DNA from: Alphaproteobacteria bacterium
GTDB lineage: Bacteria; Pseudomonadota; Alphaproteobacteria; Paracaedibacterales; CAIOTO01
Length of the DNA stretch: 64,000 bases
Direction of reading: 5' to 3'
NCBI GenBank assembly: GCA_947490395.1
Contig: CANLGW010000001.1
Coordinates: forward strand, 3,541 to 67,540
The notes under the pieces were generated by a model. It made no database searches and had not been told where the DNA came from. It saw nothing but the letters and a program-made list of their open reading frames with translations. Made by a program: the position numbers and the translations under genes. Shown in pieces: positions 37,558 through 47,877 of this stretch (position 1 is the first letter of the stretch; the number at the start of each line of letters is the position of its first letter).

Positions 37558-40500
37558 CTACGCATATCGATCTTTTATAATAACATATAATGTTGGCAAA
37601 AAGATAAGTGTTAACACCGTTCCAAAACTGAGCCCCCCAACGAGCACAGCACCAATAATACGTCTGGATTCTGACCCACTTGCATTCGATAATAACAAAG
37701 GTACAGCACCAAATATCATCGCTGCTGTTGTCATTAAAATAGGTCGAAGCCTTAAGATAGCAGCGGCTTTCACAGCATCAATAGCTGTTTCGCCTTTTTC
37801 CATATACTGATTAGCAAATTCAACAATTAAAATACCATTTTTTGTAATTAACCCAATCAAGGTAATCAGTCCAACTTGCGTGTATACATTCATAGATTGA
37901 CCACATACCCATACCAACAACAATGCCCCCATTGCTGCTAATGGCACCGTTAACATGACAATAAAAGGATCAATAAAACTTTCAAATTGCATCGCCATAA
38001 TCGCGTAAATAAAGACAATCGACAGAAAAATAAGCATTATCATTGTTGACTGCGATTCTAAATGCGCTTTAGCCGATCCAATCCAGTTTTGTTTATATCC
38101 TTCTGGCAAATGCGTGTTTGTTAATTGCTTTAACGTCACCATCCCATTTTCCAGAGACATACCATCTTTTAATTTTGTAATAAGGATAAGCGCATGCATT
38201 TGATTATAATGAAACAAATCAGCAGGTTGAGCCGCTGGCGTTAACGTACCAATAGCACCAAGCGATAACGTAACATCCTTTTTAGTGGTGAAATATAATT
38301 CATCAAGTGTCCATGGCCTTTTTTGCCCAGTCAGGGTAATCGAATAGAAAACACCATCTTTATTAAAAGTCAGTGATTTATCACCACTAAAAAAGACCTC
38401 TATTTCTTTAGCAATTGCTTTCTCATCCAAATTAAATTTAGCAATAACGTCATTATCTAATTCAACACGGTATGCATTGCTATTAAAATTCAAATCATGC
38501 CATAAACCAGGAAAGATTTTTCCAGTTCGTGAAATTCTTAATATTTTTTCTCCAGCATCAAACAGAGAGCGATACGGCGCATCAGTTGATACAACCATCT
38601 TAAGCTTACCCGAATCCATATTATCAAGGCCAGGCAATCCAGAATCAACCGTCCACACATCCATATCAACAGATGGCATATCATCGACGAGTGGCTGAAT
38701 CGAATTTTTTATTTCCGTTGTTGATCGTTTACGAAGTGCCTTATCATAAAGCCCAAAACAAAGCTCCGCGCCCCATTTTCCCATAAAAACAAGAATACTT
38801 TCTGCCTCTGGTAGAGCACCTATTTTTTTTTCAACATTAATAACCATTTCATCAAGTGTATCAATATTTTTACCTGGTATAGGTGGCACAAAAACCCCCA
38901 TCAAGCTACGATCCTCTTTCGGTACAGTTTCTTGGGGTAAAAAACTAAAAAGGCATACCGTGATACCAAGTGATAAAACCATAAATAATAATGTTATAAA
39001 CCGTTTTGGCAACACGTAAATTAATACGTGCGTATACGCGTCTGACATGCGCCCCAGCATACGATCAACTACAGGAAACATCTTATGCTGTTTTGTCTGC
39101 AACAAATAACCACACATCAGTGGCGATAGTGTTAAAGCCACAACACCTGAAATAAGAACACTCCCCGCCAATGCCACAGCAAATTCAATAAATAACTGTC
39201 CAATTTGTCCCTGAATAAATGCGATAGGTGCAAACACGCTTACCAACGTTGCCGTCATAGCGACAATGGCAAATCCAATTTCTTTAGCCGCCGCACAAGC
39301 CGCGTCCATAGGGTGTGCACCGCCTTCAATATGGCGCGCACTATTTTCCAACACAACAATCGCATCGTCCACAACCAAGCCAACAGCAAGAACCATCGCA
39401 AGCAACGTCATTATGTTAATTGAATAACCAAATGTATGCAAAAAAAGCATCGCCCCTGCCAGTGAAATAGGTATTGTAATAAGCGGTATTAATGTTGCAC
39501 GGAACGACCTTAAAAATAATAAAACGATCCCAAGAACCAAAAGAACAGCCTCAACAATTGATCGTTCAATCGTTTGAATAGATGTTTTCACAAACACCGC
39601 CTGATCCAACACAACAGCAATTCGTATGTTCTTTGGCAAACTTGCCTTAATTTGATCAACCTTTTTGTAAACCAACGCTGACACATCAACGGGGTTTGCA
39701 TCAATACCACGCCGTATTCCCACAACAACACCAGGCTTACCGTTAACACGCACACGAAACGATGTATTATCCGTTTTCAAGGAAACGGTAGCAACTTGCC
39801 CTAGAAAAACAGCTGAAAACGTATCTGACTTTTCTTTCACAATTAACTTATCAAATTCTTCTTTTGTTTGCGCACTTTTAACCAGTATCGCTGGTATCTT
39901 ATCTTGATATTTACCAATCGGTAGTGGTGAACGCCCCTCATCAAGCACTTTAAAAACATCCTGTGCATTAACACCAAACATATACAATAGCTTCGCGTCT
40001 AACATCACTTCAAATGTGTATTCTTGCCCCCATACCTCAACTGAAGAAACCCCAGGTATACTACGAAATGCATTTTTTAAATTGAGGTGCGCATAGTGAG
40101 TCAATGCGCCAAAATCAGATGTATCCGATTCAATTGATACAGCCATAAAAGGTGGTCCCGAATTATCCGTCGTCTTACGCTCAACCACAGGCTCTTTAAC
40201 CTCTTTTGGCAACCCTGACTTTGCCAAACTCACCGCATCACGGGCGGCTGTCATCGCACGATCAATCGATGCATTTGGTTTAAATTGTAAATTGATCCGT
40301 GTTAATCCTTCGTGGGTTGACGATGTCATCTCATCAAGACCTTCTATCCCAGCAAGCTTATCTTCCAAAACATTCGTAACTGTTGTTTCAATCACTTCTG
40401 CCGAAGCATTGGGATAATTTACCGAAACGGTTGCATTTGGAAAGGTTATTTGTGGGTATTCACGAATCGATAAAGATTGAAAACTAAGCAATCCCACGAC

Positions 40501-40566
40501 AAAAATCATGGTATTAATAACCAACGCAACAACTGGGTGTTTTATAAAATACTGTGTTAATTGCAT
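37558..40566 (-). CDS. RND multidrug efflux permease (AcrB/HAE1 family)
   Basis: 1002 aa with 12 TM helices, two large periplasmic loops and typical RND N-terminal and C-terminal motifs. Confidence 0.9.
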   Translation of the reverse strand: MQLTQYFIKHPVVALVINTMIFVVGLLSFQSLSIREYPQITFPNATVSVNYPNASAEVIETTVTNVLEDKLAGIEGLDEMTSSTHEGLTRINLQFKPNASIDRAMTAARDAVSLAKSGLPKEVKEPVVERKTTDNSGPPFMAVSIESDTSDFGALTHYAHLNLKNAFRSIPGVSSVEVWGQEYTFEVMLDAKLLYMFGVNAQDVFKVLDEGRSPLPIGKYQDKIPAILVKSAQTKEEFDKLIVKEKSDTFSAVFLGQVATVSLKTDNTSFRVRVNGKPGVVVGIRRGIDANPVDVSALVYKKVDQIKASLPKNIRIAVVLDQAVFVKTSIQTIERSIVEAVLLVLGIVLLFLRSFRATLIPLITIPISLAGAMLFLHTFGYSINIMTLLAMVLAVGLVVDDAIVVLENSARHIEGGAHPMDAACAAAKEIGFAIVAMTATLVSVFAPIAFIQGQIGQLFIEFAVALAGSVLISGVVALTLSPLMCGYLLQTKQHKMFPVVDRMLGRMSDAYTHVLIYVLPKRFITLLFMVLSLGITVCLFSFLPQETVPKEDRSLMGVFVPPIPGKNIDTLDEMVINVEKKIGALPEAESILVFMGKWGAELCFGLYDKALRKRSTTEIKNSIQPLVDDMPSVDMDVWTVDSGLPGLDNMDSGKLKMVVSTDAPYRSLFDAGEKILRISRTGKIFPGLWHDLNFNSNAYRVELDNDVIAKFNLDEKAIAKEIEVFFSGDKSLTFNKDGVFYSITLTGQKRPWTLDELYFTTKKDVTLSLGAIGTLTPAAQPADLFHYNQMHALILITKLKDGMSLENGMVTLKQLTNTHLPEGYKQNWIGSAKAHLESQSTMIMLIFLSIVFIYAIMAMQFESFIDPFIVMLTVPLAAMGALLLVWVCGQSMNVYTQVGLITLIGLITKNGILIVEFANQYMEKGETAIDAVKAAAILRLRPILMTTAAMIFGAVPLLLSNASGSESRRIIGAVLVGGLSFGTVLTLIFLPTLYVIIKDRYA

Positions 40567-40579
40567 ATCAATTTAATCA

Positions 40580-41770
40580 CTACTTAGACGATTTCTCATT
40601 GGCCGATTGAAGGACGCCTTTATTTTGATTTTCATCAATTTTCTTAACAGCTTTTGCTTCAGGCGTCTTTTCATTTTTATGCACTACTTTTTCATTCATA
40701 TCGATCGATTTTACAAAACCTGGCGCCTTGTCTTTATTTGCAATTTTGACAAAATTATCATCTGAAAGACGAGCTTGACCATAGGCAACAACCACATCAC
40801 CAACCATCAAACCCTTTGTAATTTCAACCTTATCTTTAGCCTTCATACCCATTTCAACGGAGGTTAACACCGTTTTTGATTCTTTATTCACCACGTAAAC
40901 ATGGGGCTTTCCTTCTTCCAAAAACACCGCATCCATTGGCAAAACGATAACACCTTCTTTATGGGAAATGGTTAAATCAATATCCAACGGCATTCCAATG
41001 ACATGATCTTTTGTTGAAATTTCAACTATTGCCGGCGACATATGTGTATCTTCAGCAATCATTTTTTGCACATAAGGCAAAGCATATATTTTACCCGCAA
41101 TAACAACTTTTTGCCCAACATTAACAAAGGATAGATGAACACCTGGAATATCAAATTCAACAACAAGTACATTAGGATCATAAAACGTAATTAGTGAAGT
41201 GCCTTCTTTAACGTCTGTTCCTGAACGCACTTTATAACTTCCAATTACGCCATCAAATGGCGCATAAAAACAATTTTTATCAAGGTAAATTTTAGCCATC
41301 GCACGATTTTTTTCAGCTTCTAACCATGCTGTTTTTTTCTCATCCAAGGATTGCGCACTCACCGCACCACTTTTAGATAGCGTTTGCATACGCTTATATT
41401 GTTCTGAGGCTATTTTTTCAGCTGATTTTGCATAGCTATAATTTTTTTCAATATCATAGTTAATAATTTTTGCAATCAACGTATCTTTTTTAACGATAAG
41501 ACCCGCTGGTTTAATAACGTCCAGCAAACCATTTGCTTTCGCTATAAGCTGAGTCGATTGCTTTGGTCGAACCGTACCAATCAAACGTATTGATTTTTCA
41601 ATGCTTTCTTTAGCTGTCACAATGACATCAACAACCTTAATAACATCTTCTTCTTTTTTTGAGGAAAATCTTACCACACTAAAAATAATACCGGCCGCAA
41701 TGCATAAACAACCGCATACTATTTTCATGCGATGCGTTAACATATACACGGCAAACATTTGATACATCAT
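40580..41770 (-). CDS. RND efflux periplasmic adaptor (membrane fusion protein)
   Basis: 396 aa with an N-terminal anchor and a coiled-coil hairpin plus beta-barrel architecture. It lies directly upstream of the RND pump. Confidence 0.8.
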   Translation of the reverse strand: MMYQMFAVYMLTHRMKIVCGCLCIAAGIIFSVVRFSSKKEEDVIKVVDVIVTAKESIEKSIRLIGTVRPKQSTQLIAKANGLLDVIKPAGLIVKKDTLIAKIINYDIEKNYSYAKSAEKIASEQYKRMQTLSKSGAVSAQSLDEKKTAWLEAEKNRAMAKIYLDKNCFYAPFDGVIGSYKVRSGTDVKEGTSLITFYDPNVLVVEFDIPGVHLSFVNVGQKVVIAGKIYALPYVQKMIAEDTHMSPAIVEISTKDHVIGMPLDIDLTISHKEGVIVLPMDAVFLEEGKPHVYVVNKESKTVLTSVEMGMKAKDKVEITKGLMVGDVVVAYGQARLSDDNFVKIANKDKAPGFVKSIDMNEKVVHKNEKTPEAKAVKKIDENQNKGVLQSANEKSSK

Positions 41771-41798
41771 GATTCCAAATAAATTACGTCAAGAAACC

Positions 41799-42006
41799 AT
41801 ATCCCTTTTCAGATCATTTTGCAAGCACCCTGCCGTCATGACGAGCCAGCGTAAGCTGGTGTGGCCATGTAGAAAAATAGGTATTTCTGCATGGACAGGC
41901 GTTTTTACCTGGGCAGCCACTGGATCACCATGGAAACGAGCGTTTCCTCGTGATAACGGCGGATGACAAATGATTGTCTTTCACAAAATGATCTGAAAAG
42001 GGATAT
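41799..42006. repeat. Family-B GC-rich nested palindromic element, long copy (B2), flanked by perfect 23-bp inverted repeats
   Basis: The outer inverted repeat atatcccttttcagatcattttg (41799-41821) matches caaaatgatctgaaaagggatat (41984-42006). The core at about 41830-41962 begins at about 41832 with ccgtcatgacgag and ends with ctcgtgataacgg. It contains hairpins ccagc-gtaa-gctgg and ggaaac-gagc-gtttcc. Confidence 0.85.
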
Positions 42007-42187
42007 ATCTTCACTATTCTAACCCAAAAACTTTAACATAATTTTAAAATTATTTGATTGATCTCTCCTTAAAAGAACAAATATGTGGCAAAATTGCCCT
42101 TGCATTTTCAAAGACACATGCGCATATTATGCGTATACCGGACAATACATAAATGAAAGATTAGTAACTGTGGAAACAACATTTTGG

Positions 42188-43033
42188 ATGGTAGCTGCCT
42201 TTACTGATCGTGCATTCACAGGCAATCCAGCAGGCATATTTTTTGTTGATGACTTTCCAGATACCCCCCTGATGCAGGCGATTGCAGCTGAGTTAAATTG
42301 GTCACAGACAGCTTTTATCAAACGTTTCAATCAAACCAATCATGATAATCATTTCATTATTCGCTGGTTCTCCCCACGGGATGAAACTCCCATTTGTGGA
42401 CATGCGACATTAGCAGCGGCACATCTCTTGTGGGAAAAAGGATTTGCAACAACGACATCACGGATTACATTTGATTCAATGGCGGGATCACTGCATGCTA
42501 CACGAAGTCCCGATCATTGGATTACGCTTGATTTTCCATCAAAACCGTTATGGGATTGCGATACACCTCCCCTTCTACAGCAAGCGCTTATCACAGCCAA
42601 TGGTACCGTTGACATTAAATCCGTCATGCGTGATGATCTCATTTATGTTGTCACTTTACGAAACCAAACGGATCTTGTCGCACTCACGCCAAATTTAACC
42701 TTCATTGAATCACTTGATTGCCGCGCCATTTCTGTAACTACGTCTGGCAGGTCTGGATATGATTTTGAATCACGTTATTTTGCACCACGTGTTGGCATCC
42801 CTGAAGATCCCGTTTGTGGGTCATCGCACGCACGCCTTGGCCCTTTATGGGCGAAACGTCTTGATAAAACTGAACTGATGGCATTTCAGGCATCACGGCG
42901 TGGTGGCACTTTAAAAATAAACGTCACACCTGAACGCGTTGCTATTGCTGGTATGGCCATTACCGTATGCGAAAGCAAACTACTAAATGTGTCTCTGCAA
43001 AGGACATCCGTGGAGGCACAAAAGGCAGCGTAA
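42188..43033 (+). CDS. PhzF-family isomerase
   Basis: The ORF track starts at 42083. I prefer the ATG at 42188 (MVAAFTDRAFTGNPAGIFFV, the canonical PhzF N-terminus). ICGHATLAAAH and DPVCGSSHARLGPLW hold the catalytic residues. Confidence 0.8.
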   Translation: MVAAFTDRAFTGNPAGIFFVDDFPDTPLMQAIAAELNWSQTAFIKRFNQTNHDNHFIIRWFSPRDETPICGHATLAAAHLLWEKGFATTTSRITFDSMAGSLHATRSPDHWITLDFPSKPLWDCDTPPLLQQALITANGTVDIKSVMRDDLIYVVTLRNQTDLVALTPNLTFIESLDCRAISVTTSGRSGYDFESRYFAPRVGIPEDPVCGSSHARLGPLWAKRLDKTELMAFQASRRGGTLKINVTPERVAIAGMAITVCESKLLNVSLQRTSVEAQKAA

Positions 43034-43039
43034 CTTGCC

Positions 43040-43525
43040 CTATGGCATAGTTACTTCAATAATCAATGTGTTACCATCCATGCGTACAACGCGTACTTCT
43101 TGGCCTGCAGCAATCTCATAATCGCTTAACACAAACCAGCGTGTATCATTAATCGACACAAAGGCTTTATCACCACTCCCTTTTCGTAAAGAGACAGGCG
43201 CGTCCAAAACCCATGTATACCCTATTAATTCATTAAGACGATCATTTAAACCATCGGTCACCCATTTGGCTGATTTACGTTCATACCGCAGATAACCAAT
43301 GGTTAAAGTTATAATTGAGAAAAGAGTGAATGCGCATATCTGTCCCAGTACGCCAAACCCCCCTAGAAAAATTGTAAGGGCTGTCAAGATACATGAAAAA
43401 CCAATCCACAATAAAAAAAATTCAGCGATCAAAAATTCAAACAAAACTAAGCCTAAACCAGTAACAAAAAACCACTGCCAGGCGGTTAAATCAATCATCA
43501 TATTACCTGCAACTCCTATCATCAC
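43040..43525 (-). CDS. NfeD-family membrane protein
   Basis: 161 aa with N-terminal TM helices and a C-terminal OB-fold-like RVVRMDGNTLIIE. It is the partner of the upstream SPFH gene. Confidence 0.75.
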   Translation of the reverse strand: MMIGVAGNMMIDLTAWQWFFVTGLGLVLFEFLIAEFFLLWIGFSCILTALTIFLGGFGVLGQICAFTLFSIITLTIGYLRYERKSAKWVTDGLNDRLNELIGYTWVLDAPVSLRKGSGDKAFVSINDTRWFVLSDYEIAAGQEVRVVRMDGNTLIIEVTMP

Positions 43526-43526
43526 T

Positions 43527-43730
43527 TTTCATTTATCAGCCTCCCCACCATTTTGCTATCCTCGGACTTGATCCAAGGATCTCTTCATGTTTTAAAGGCA
43601 AATACGAGGTATAATGTAACAAATTATATACCGCCTCCATCGTAAAAACACTCGATACTCGGGTCAAGCCCGAGTATGACATGGAAGGAATAGTATTATG
43701 GAGATATTACCCACTTGTTTTGCATAAAAA
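43527..43730. repeat. Family-A MITE-like palindromic element, copy A1
   Basis: The 5' repeat cctcggacttgatcc lies at 43561-43575, with central aaaggcaaa. The 3' hairpin atactcggg-tcaag-cccgagtat lies at 43656-43678, and the trailing module attacccacttgttttgcataaaa at 43707-43730. The element fills the whole SPFH-NfeD spacer. Confidence 0.85.
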
Positions 43731-43740
43731 CCATAATTTT

Positions 43741-44679
43741 TTATGCTGACCGTGCCGGCTTTGCTGCGTTTACTTTTTCAGTACCACTCTTGGTAAGAAG
43801 CTCCGCAATACCTGCAATACTACCAACGATACCCGCTGTATCCAATGGCATCATTAACACTTTCTGATTAGGTGACGTAGCAATGCCTTTCAAGGCCTCA
43901 ACATATTTTTGTGCAATAAAATAATTTAATGCTTGTTGATTCCCCTGTCCAATCGCATCCGATAAAACACGCGTTGCTGCCGCTTCAGCCTCGGCCAAAC
44001 GTTCGCGTCCTTCAGCTTCACGAAATGCCATTTCTTTACGCCCTTCAGCCTCTAAAATTGAAGCCTGCTTTTCACCATCTGCCTTTAAAATCGCTGATTG
44101 ACGTTCGCCTTCAGCCTCCAAAATACTTGCACGCTTATCACGTTCAGCTTTCATCTGCCGACCCATTGATTCCACCAAATCACGTGGAGGACGAATATCT
44201 TTAATTTCAATACGTGTAACTTTCATACCCCATGGGCTTGTCGCATCATCAACGACATTAAGTAAGCGCGCATTAATTGATTCACGCTGAGAGAGCAATT
44301 CATCAAGATCCATTGACCCCATCACCGTTCGAATATTTGTCATTGTCATCGTTAAAATTGCCACACGCAAATTGGCAACTTCATACACAGATTTAGCCGC
44401 ATTCAAAATTTGGAAAAATATAATCCCATCAACAGTAACGGCCGCGTTATCTTTTGTGATAACATCTTGAGATGGCACTTCAAGAACCGTTTCCATCACA
44501 CTAACTTTTGCCCCAATACGCTCCACAAATGGCATCAAAACATGCAAACCTGGACGAAGAGAATGCGTATAACGACCAAAACGCTCTACGGTAAATTCAT
44601 ACCCTTGTGGCACGACACGAATAGCTTGCGATACAAAAATAATAATCAGTAAAACAGGCAATAAATAAATAAGCTCCAT
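43741..44679 (-). CDS. SPFH/band-7 (stomatin/slipin-like) protein
   Basis: 312 aa with an N-terminal anchor, an SPFH core ([17 protein letters not shown]...) and a coiled-coil Ala/Glu-rich C-terminus. Confidence 0.85.
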   Translation of the reverse strand: MELIYLLPVLLIIIFVSQAIRVVPQGYEFTVERFGRYTHSLRPGLHVLMPFVERIGAKVSVMETVLEVPSQDVITKDNAAVTVDGIIFFQILNAAKSVYEVANLRVAILTMTMTNIRTVMGSMDLDELLSQRESINARLLNVVDDATSPWGMKVTRIEIKDIRPPRDLVESMGRQMKAERDKRASILEAEGERQSAILKADGEKQASILEAEGRKEMAFREAEGRERLAEAEAAATRVLSDAIGQGNQQALNYFIAQKYVEALKGIATSPNQKVLMMPLDTAGIVGSIAGIAELLTKSGTEKVNAAKPARSA

Positions 44680-44747
44680 ATTAACAAAATCCTAATAAAA
44701 TTTTATTAACGTTATCACGCGGCATTATTTACGTCAACAAGCTATCC

Positions 44748-45284
44748 TTAAGTTGAATGACCAGATACCTGCTCTGCAACATCCATTAATGATAATTCAT
44801 GAGTAATATCCTGCGCAAGATTGCGAATAAGACGTTCACGTGCACCTGATTCAGCAGCCATAGTTGGAAACTCTTCTGGCGAATCAACCGTATAAGACGA
44901 TACAACATCAAGTGTCGCTTTATGAATTGGCGTTGCCCTGTTATCAAATACCTCAATATGTGCTGTTAAGTGCCCTTGGCTTCGCAGCACTTTTGCAGCT
45001 GCACTAAACGCAATATCACCATACGATTCTTCAAGTTTAATTTCTAATTTCAACGAATGCGGTACCTTTTGCACAATAGTTGGTAACCACATTTCTAATT
45101 CACGACGCAATTTATAAGATGTATACGCATTATCATTACTTCCCGAAATAGCAAGTTTAAACACTTGCGGCGTTTCAGCAGCTTTACGGATTTGGTAAAT
45201 AGGTTCAAACCCGCACCCTACTACTATAAAACAAACAAGTACGAGATGTTTAATTCTCAAAATTTTATAAAACATTTGATACAT
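44748..45284 (-). CDS. lptE: LPS-assembly lipoprotein LptE
   Basis: 178 aa. The lipobox-like VVGC is followed by GFEPIY, the characteristic LptE N-terminus. Confidence 0.65.
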   Translation of the reverse strand: MYQMFYKILRIKHLVLVCFIVVGCGFEPIYQIRKAAETPQVFKLAISGSNDNAYTSYKLRRELEMWLPTIVQKVPHSLKLEIKLEESYGDIAFSAAAKVLRSQGHLTAHIEVFDNRATPIHKATLDVVSSYTVDSPEEFPTMAAESGARERLIRNLAQDITHELSLMDVAEQVSGHST

Positions 45285-46404
45285 AACTTAACACAACCTC
45301 TGCTGCCCGTTCGGAGGGCTTTTGTCCACCACTTGGTGTTAATAATAAACGCACATCATCAAATGATTCATTTGACTGAGCACCAGAAACACGAGCACGA
45401 TCATCCATCTGGTCTAATAAAAATTGGATCCCCTTTATTAAGTCTTCAGGATTACATGCTTTTTGTAAATATTCTGGTACCACTTTTTTCTTTAAAAGAA
45501 TATTCACAAGGCAAATTGATGATACATTCACCAGACGTTTTAAAATTTTGGCCGTCAACCATGATACACGATAGGCAATAATCATCGGTGTTTTCGCCAT
45601 AGCAAGTTCAAGCGATACCGTCCCACTTGCCGCTAAGGCTACATCGCTTTGAATAAAAGCCTGACGCTTTAAGACGGGATCTATCACGATAGTTGCCTCT
45701 GGAATGGCAACCTTTATAACAGATGCAAATTTAGAAAATGTCGGCACAACAATGTTCATATCCGATAACGACCGTGCTGTTTGAGCAAAAATACTTAAAT
45801 GACGCTTAATTTCACCAAGACGACTACCAGGAAGCAAACAAATCGTTTTCTGCTTACCCCCTTTTCGCACATCAAGCACCTGATTATCAAGCGTCCAGTC
45901 CATTTCCACAAGAGGATGCCCAACACATGTTGTTTTGAGACCATGCACCTCAAAATACGGTGGCTCAAATGGAAACAAACACATCAAATGATCAATTCTC
46001 TTCGCTAATTTCGCCGCACGCCATGGTCGCCATGCCCACACAGGCGGCGCCACATAATGCACACATGGGATAGTTGTACGCGCCCTGACACCTGCTATGA
46101 CACGATTACAAAACCCAGATGAATCAATAGTAACGAGTACATCAGGCTGAAACGCACAAATATCATCAATTGTCGTTTTAATAAGCCTTTTAATGCGCCT
46201 AATATGGGGAATCAATTCAATAAGCCCCATCACAGCGATTTCGTCGCAATGAAAAAACAAATCAACACCAATTTGACGCATCAAATCCCCACCGATACCT
46301 CGCATCAATAAATTAGGTTCTTTGATTAATAATGCCTCACATAAGCTGCTGCCCAGAAAATCGCCTGACGCTTCCCCCGCAATTACATAAATTTTTAGTG
46401 TCAT
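45265..46404 (-). CDS. lpxB: Lipid-A-disaccharide synthase
   Basis: 379 aa. The N-terminal KIYVIAGEASGDFLGSSL and the YVAPPVWAWRPWR motif are typical of LpxB. Confidence 0.85.
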   Translation of the reverse strand: MTLKIYVIAGEASGDFLGSSLCEALLIKEPNLLMRGIGGDLMRQIGVDLFFHCDEIAVMGLIELIPHIRRIKRLIKTTIDDICAFQPDVLVTIDSSGFCNRVIAGVRARTTIPCVHYVAPPVWAWRPWRAAKLAKRIDHLMCLFPFEPPYFEVHGLKTTCVGHPLVEMDWTLDNQVLDVRKGGKQKTICLLPGSRLGEIKRHLSIFAQTARSLSDMNIVVPTFSKFASVIKVAIPEATIVIDPVLKRQAFIQSDVALAASGTVSLELAMAKTPMIIAYRVSWLTAKILKRLVNVSSICLVNILLKKKVVPEYLQKACNPEDLIKGIQFLLDQMDDRARVSGAQSNESFDDVRLLLTPSGGQKPSERAAEVVLSYVSNVL

Positions 46405-46477
46405 TCTCTGGAATTTGTTTTCAAAAATGTCTATTGACGACTATACTCGCTTTGAACATATTTTTTAAGAGGTTTTA

Positions 46478-47200
46478 ATGCGTCCTGATCGTCGTCAACC
46501 AACTGAACTACGCCCTGTTTTTTTAGGTCCAAGTTTTGTCAAATATGCCGAAGGGTCATGTTTTGTCAAATTTGGTGATACACATATTATTTGTGCCGCT
46601 ACCATTGAAGAAAAAGTCCCCCCATTTTTACGCAACACAGGTGCAGGATGGATTACTGCTGAATATGGCATGCTTCCACGATCAACCCATGAACGTGTAG
46701 AGCGGGAAGCTGCACGCGGCAAACAAACAGGCCGAACACAAGAAATTCAACGCCTTATCGGTCGCACCCTCCGCTCCATCGTTAATCTAAAAGGACTTGG
46801 TGAACGGCAAATTCGAATTGACTGTGATGTCTTACAGGCTGATGGTGGCACACGTGTTGCCAGCATTACAGGCGCTTATGTTGCCCTCCATCAGGCTTTA
46901 CAGAAACTTGTTGACATGAAGAAAATATCAGCGTTGCCACTAACCGATCATATCGCAGCTGTATCATGTGGAATCATTGATGGTGAGGCACGCCTTGACT
47001 TAAATTATGCCGAGGATTCAACCGCACAAGTTGATGCAAATTTTGTAATCACAGGAAGCGGTAAACTTGTTGAAATTCAAGCTGCCGCTGAAAAAGATCC
47101 TTTTAGCGAAGAAGAATTTGCAGCTATGCTTGCCCTTGCAAAAACAGGGATTGCTGATTTAATCAAAATGCAACGTCAGGCATTAAAACTCGATAAATGA
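46478..47200 (+). CDS. rph: Ribonuclease PH
   Basis: 240 aa with [13 protein letters not shown]..., [14 protein letters not shown] and [12 protein letters not shown]. Confidence 0.9.
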   Translation: MRPDRRQPTELRPVFLGPSFVKYAEGSCFVKFGDTHIICAATIEEKVPPFLRNTGAGWITAEYGMLPRSTHERVEREAARGKQTGRTQEIQRLIGRTLRSIVNLKGLGERQIRIDCDVLQADGGTRVASITGAYVALHQALQKLVDMKKISALPLTDHIAAVSCGIIDGEARLDLNYAEDSTAQVDANFVITGSGKLVEIQAAAEKDPFSEEEFAAMLALAKTGIADLIKMQRQALKLDK

Positions 47201-47205
47201 CAATC

Positions 47206-47233
47206 AAAAAAAGCCCAGATTAAAAATCTGGGC
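47206..47233 (-). terminator. Rho-independent terminator of aroK; the hairpin is shared with convergent rph
   Basis: An 8-bp stem gcccagat / atctgggc with a 5-nt loop. T7 follows on the minus strand. Only aatatta follows on the plus strand. Confidence 0.8.
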
Positions 47234-47274
47234 AATATTAACGATGCTCCGCAGGCTATCACCGCAAGCATGTA

Positions 47275-47877
47275 TTATACTGATTTCAACACGTAATAAG
47301 ACGGATAATTCTCACGAATAAAATCCGTCATTGCTTGTATCACACGATCAACTGTTGCATTTGTTGGCTCATCGAACGTTTGCACGTGAATATCAGCCTT
47401 ACTATATAATGGATAACGTTCACCCATAAGCTGCGTTAAGACTTCGCGTTGATTACCATCCCCAAGCAATGGACGATCATTACGACGAGACACACGGGCA
47501 ACCAATGTATCAAGGTCAGCATTCAACCATACCGATATGGATTTCTCTTTAATCAAATCACGGGTTGGCTCATTCGCAAAAGACCCACCACCCGTTGCAA
47601 GAATATGCGTTGGTTGATCAAGCAAACGCGCAATAACGCGCTGCTCACCGCTACGAAAAGCATCTTCTCCGTAAATTTCAAAAATATCTTTTATTGGACA
47701 ACCTGCCGCATCTTCCACCGCATGATCAGAATCATGGAAAGGAAGTTCTAGCCGTTTTGCTAAGCGTTTGCCAATACTCGTTTTACCGCACCCCATCAAA
47801 CCCACAAGGACAATCGTCTTTGGTGGCATAAAACTGATCGTGGGTGACACTGTTTTTGTAAGCGATGCGTAATCCAT
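47275..47877 (-). CDS. aroK: Shikimate kinase
   Basis: 200 aa with the Walker A GLMGCGKTSIGKRLA, DSDHAVE and GGGSF motifs. Confidence 0.85.
   Translation of the reverse strand: MDYASLTKTVSPTISFMPPKTIVLVGLMGCGKTSIGKRLAKRLELPFHDSDHAVEDAAGCPIKDIFEIYGEDAFRSGEQRVIARLLDQPTHILATGGGSFANEPTRDLIKEKSISVWLNADLDTLVARVSRRNDRPLLGDGNQREVLTQLMGERYPLYSKADIHVQTFDEPTNATVDRVIQAMTDFIRENYPSYYVLKSV

Noticed and set aside
41769-41966. A 65-aa plus-strand ORF; the same applies to the 70-aa minus-strand ORF at 11693-11905.
   Set aside because: Both are read across GC-rich family-B repeat copies. The open frames are most simply explained by the stop-poor repeat sequence, not by coding.
42083-42187. N-terminal extensions given by the ORF track: PhzF from 42083, LptD from 18508, S2 from 63002 and Bcp from 35879.
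   Set aside because: In each case a downstream ATG reproduces the canonical family N-terminus. For LptD, S2 and Bcp, where I checked, it also removes an overlap or has a better RBS.
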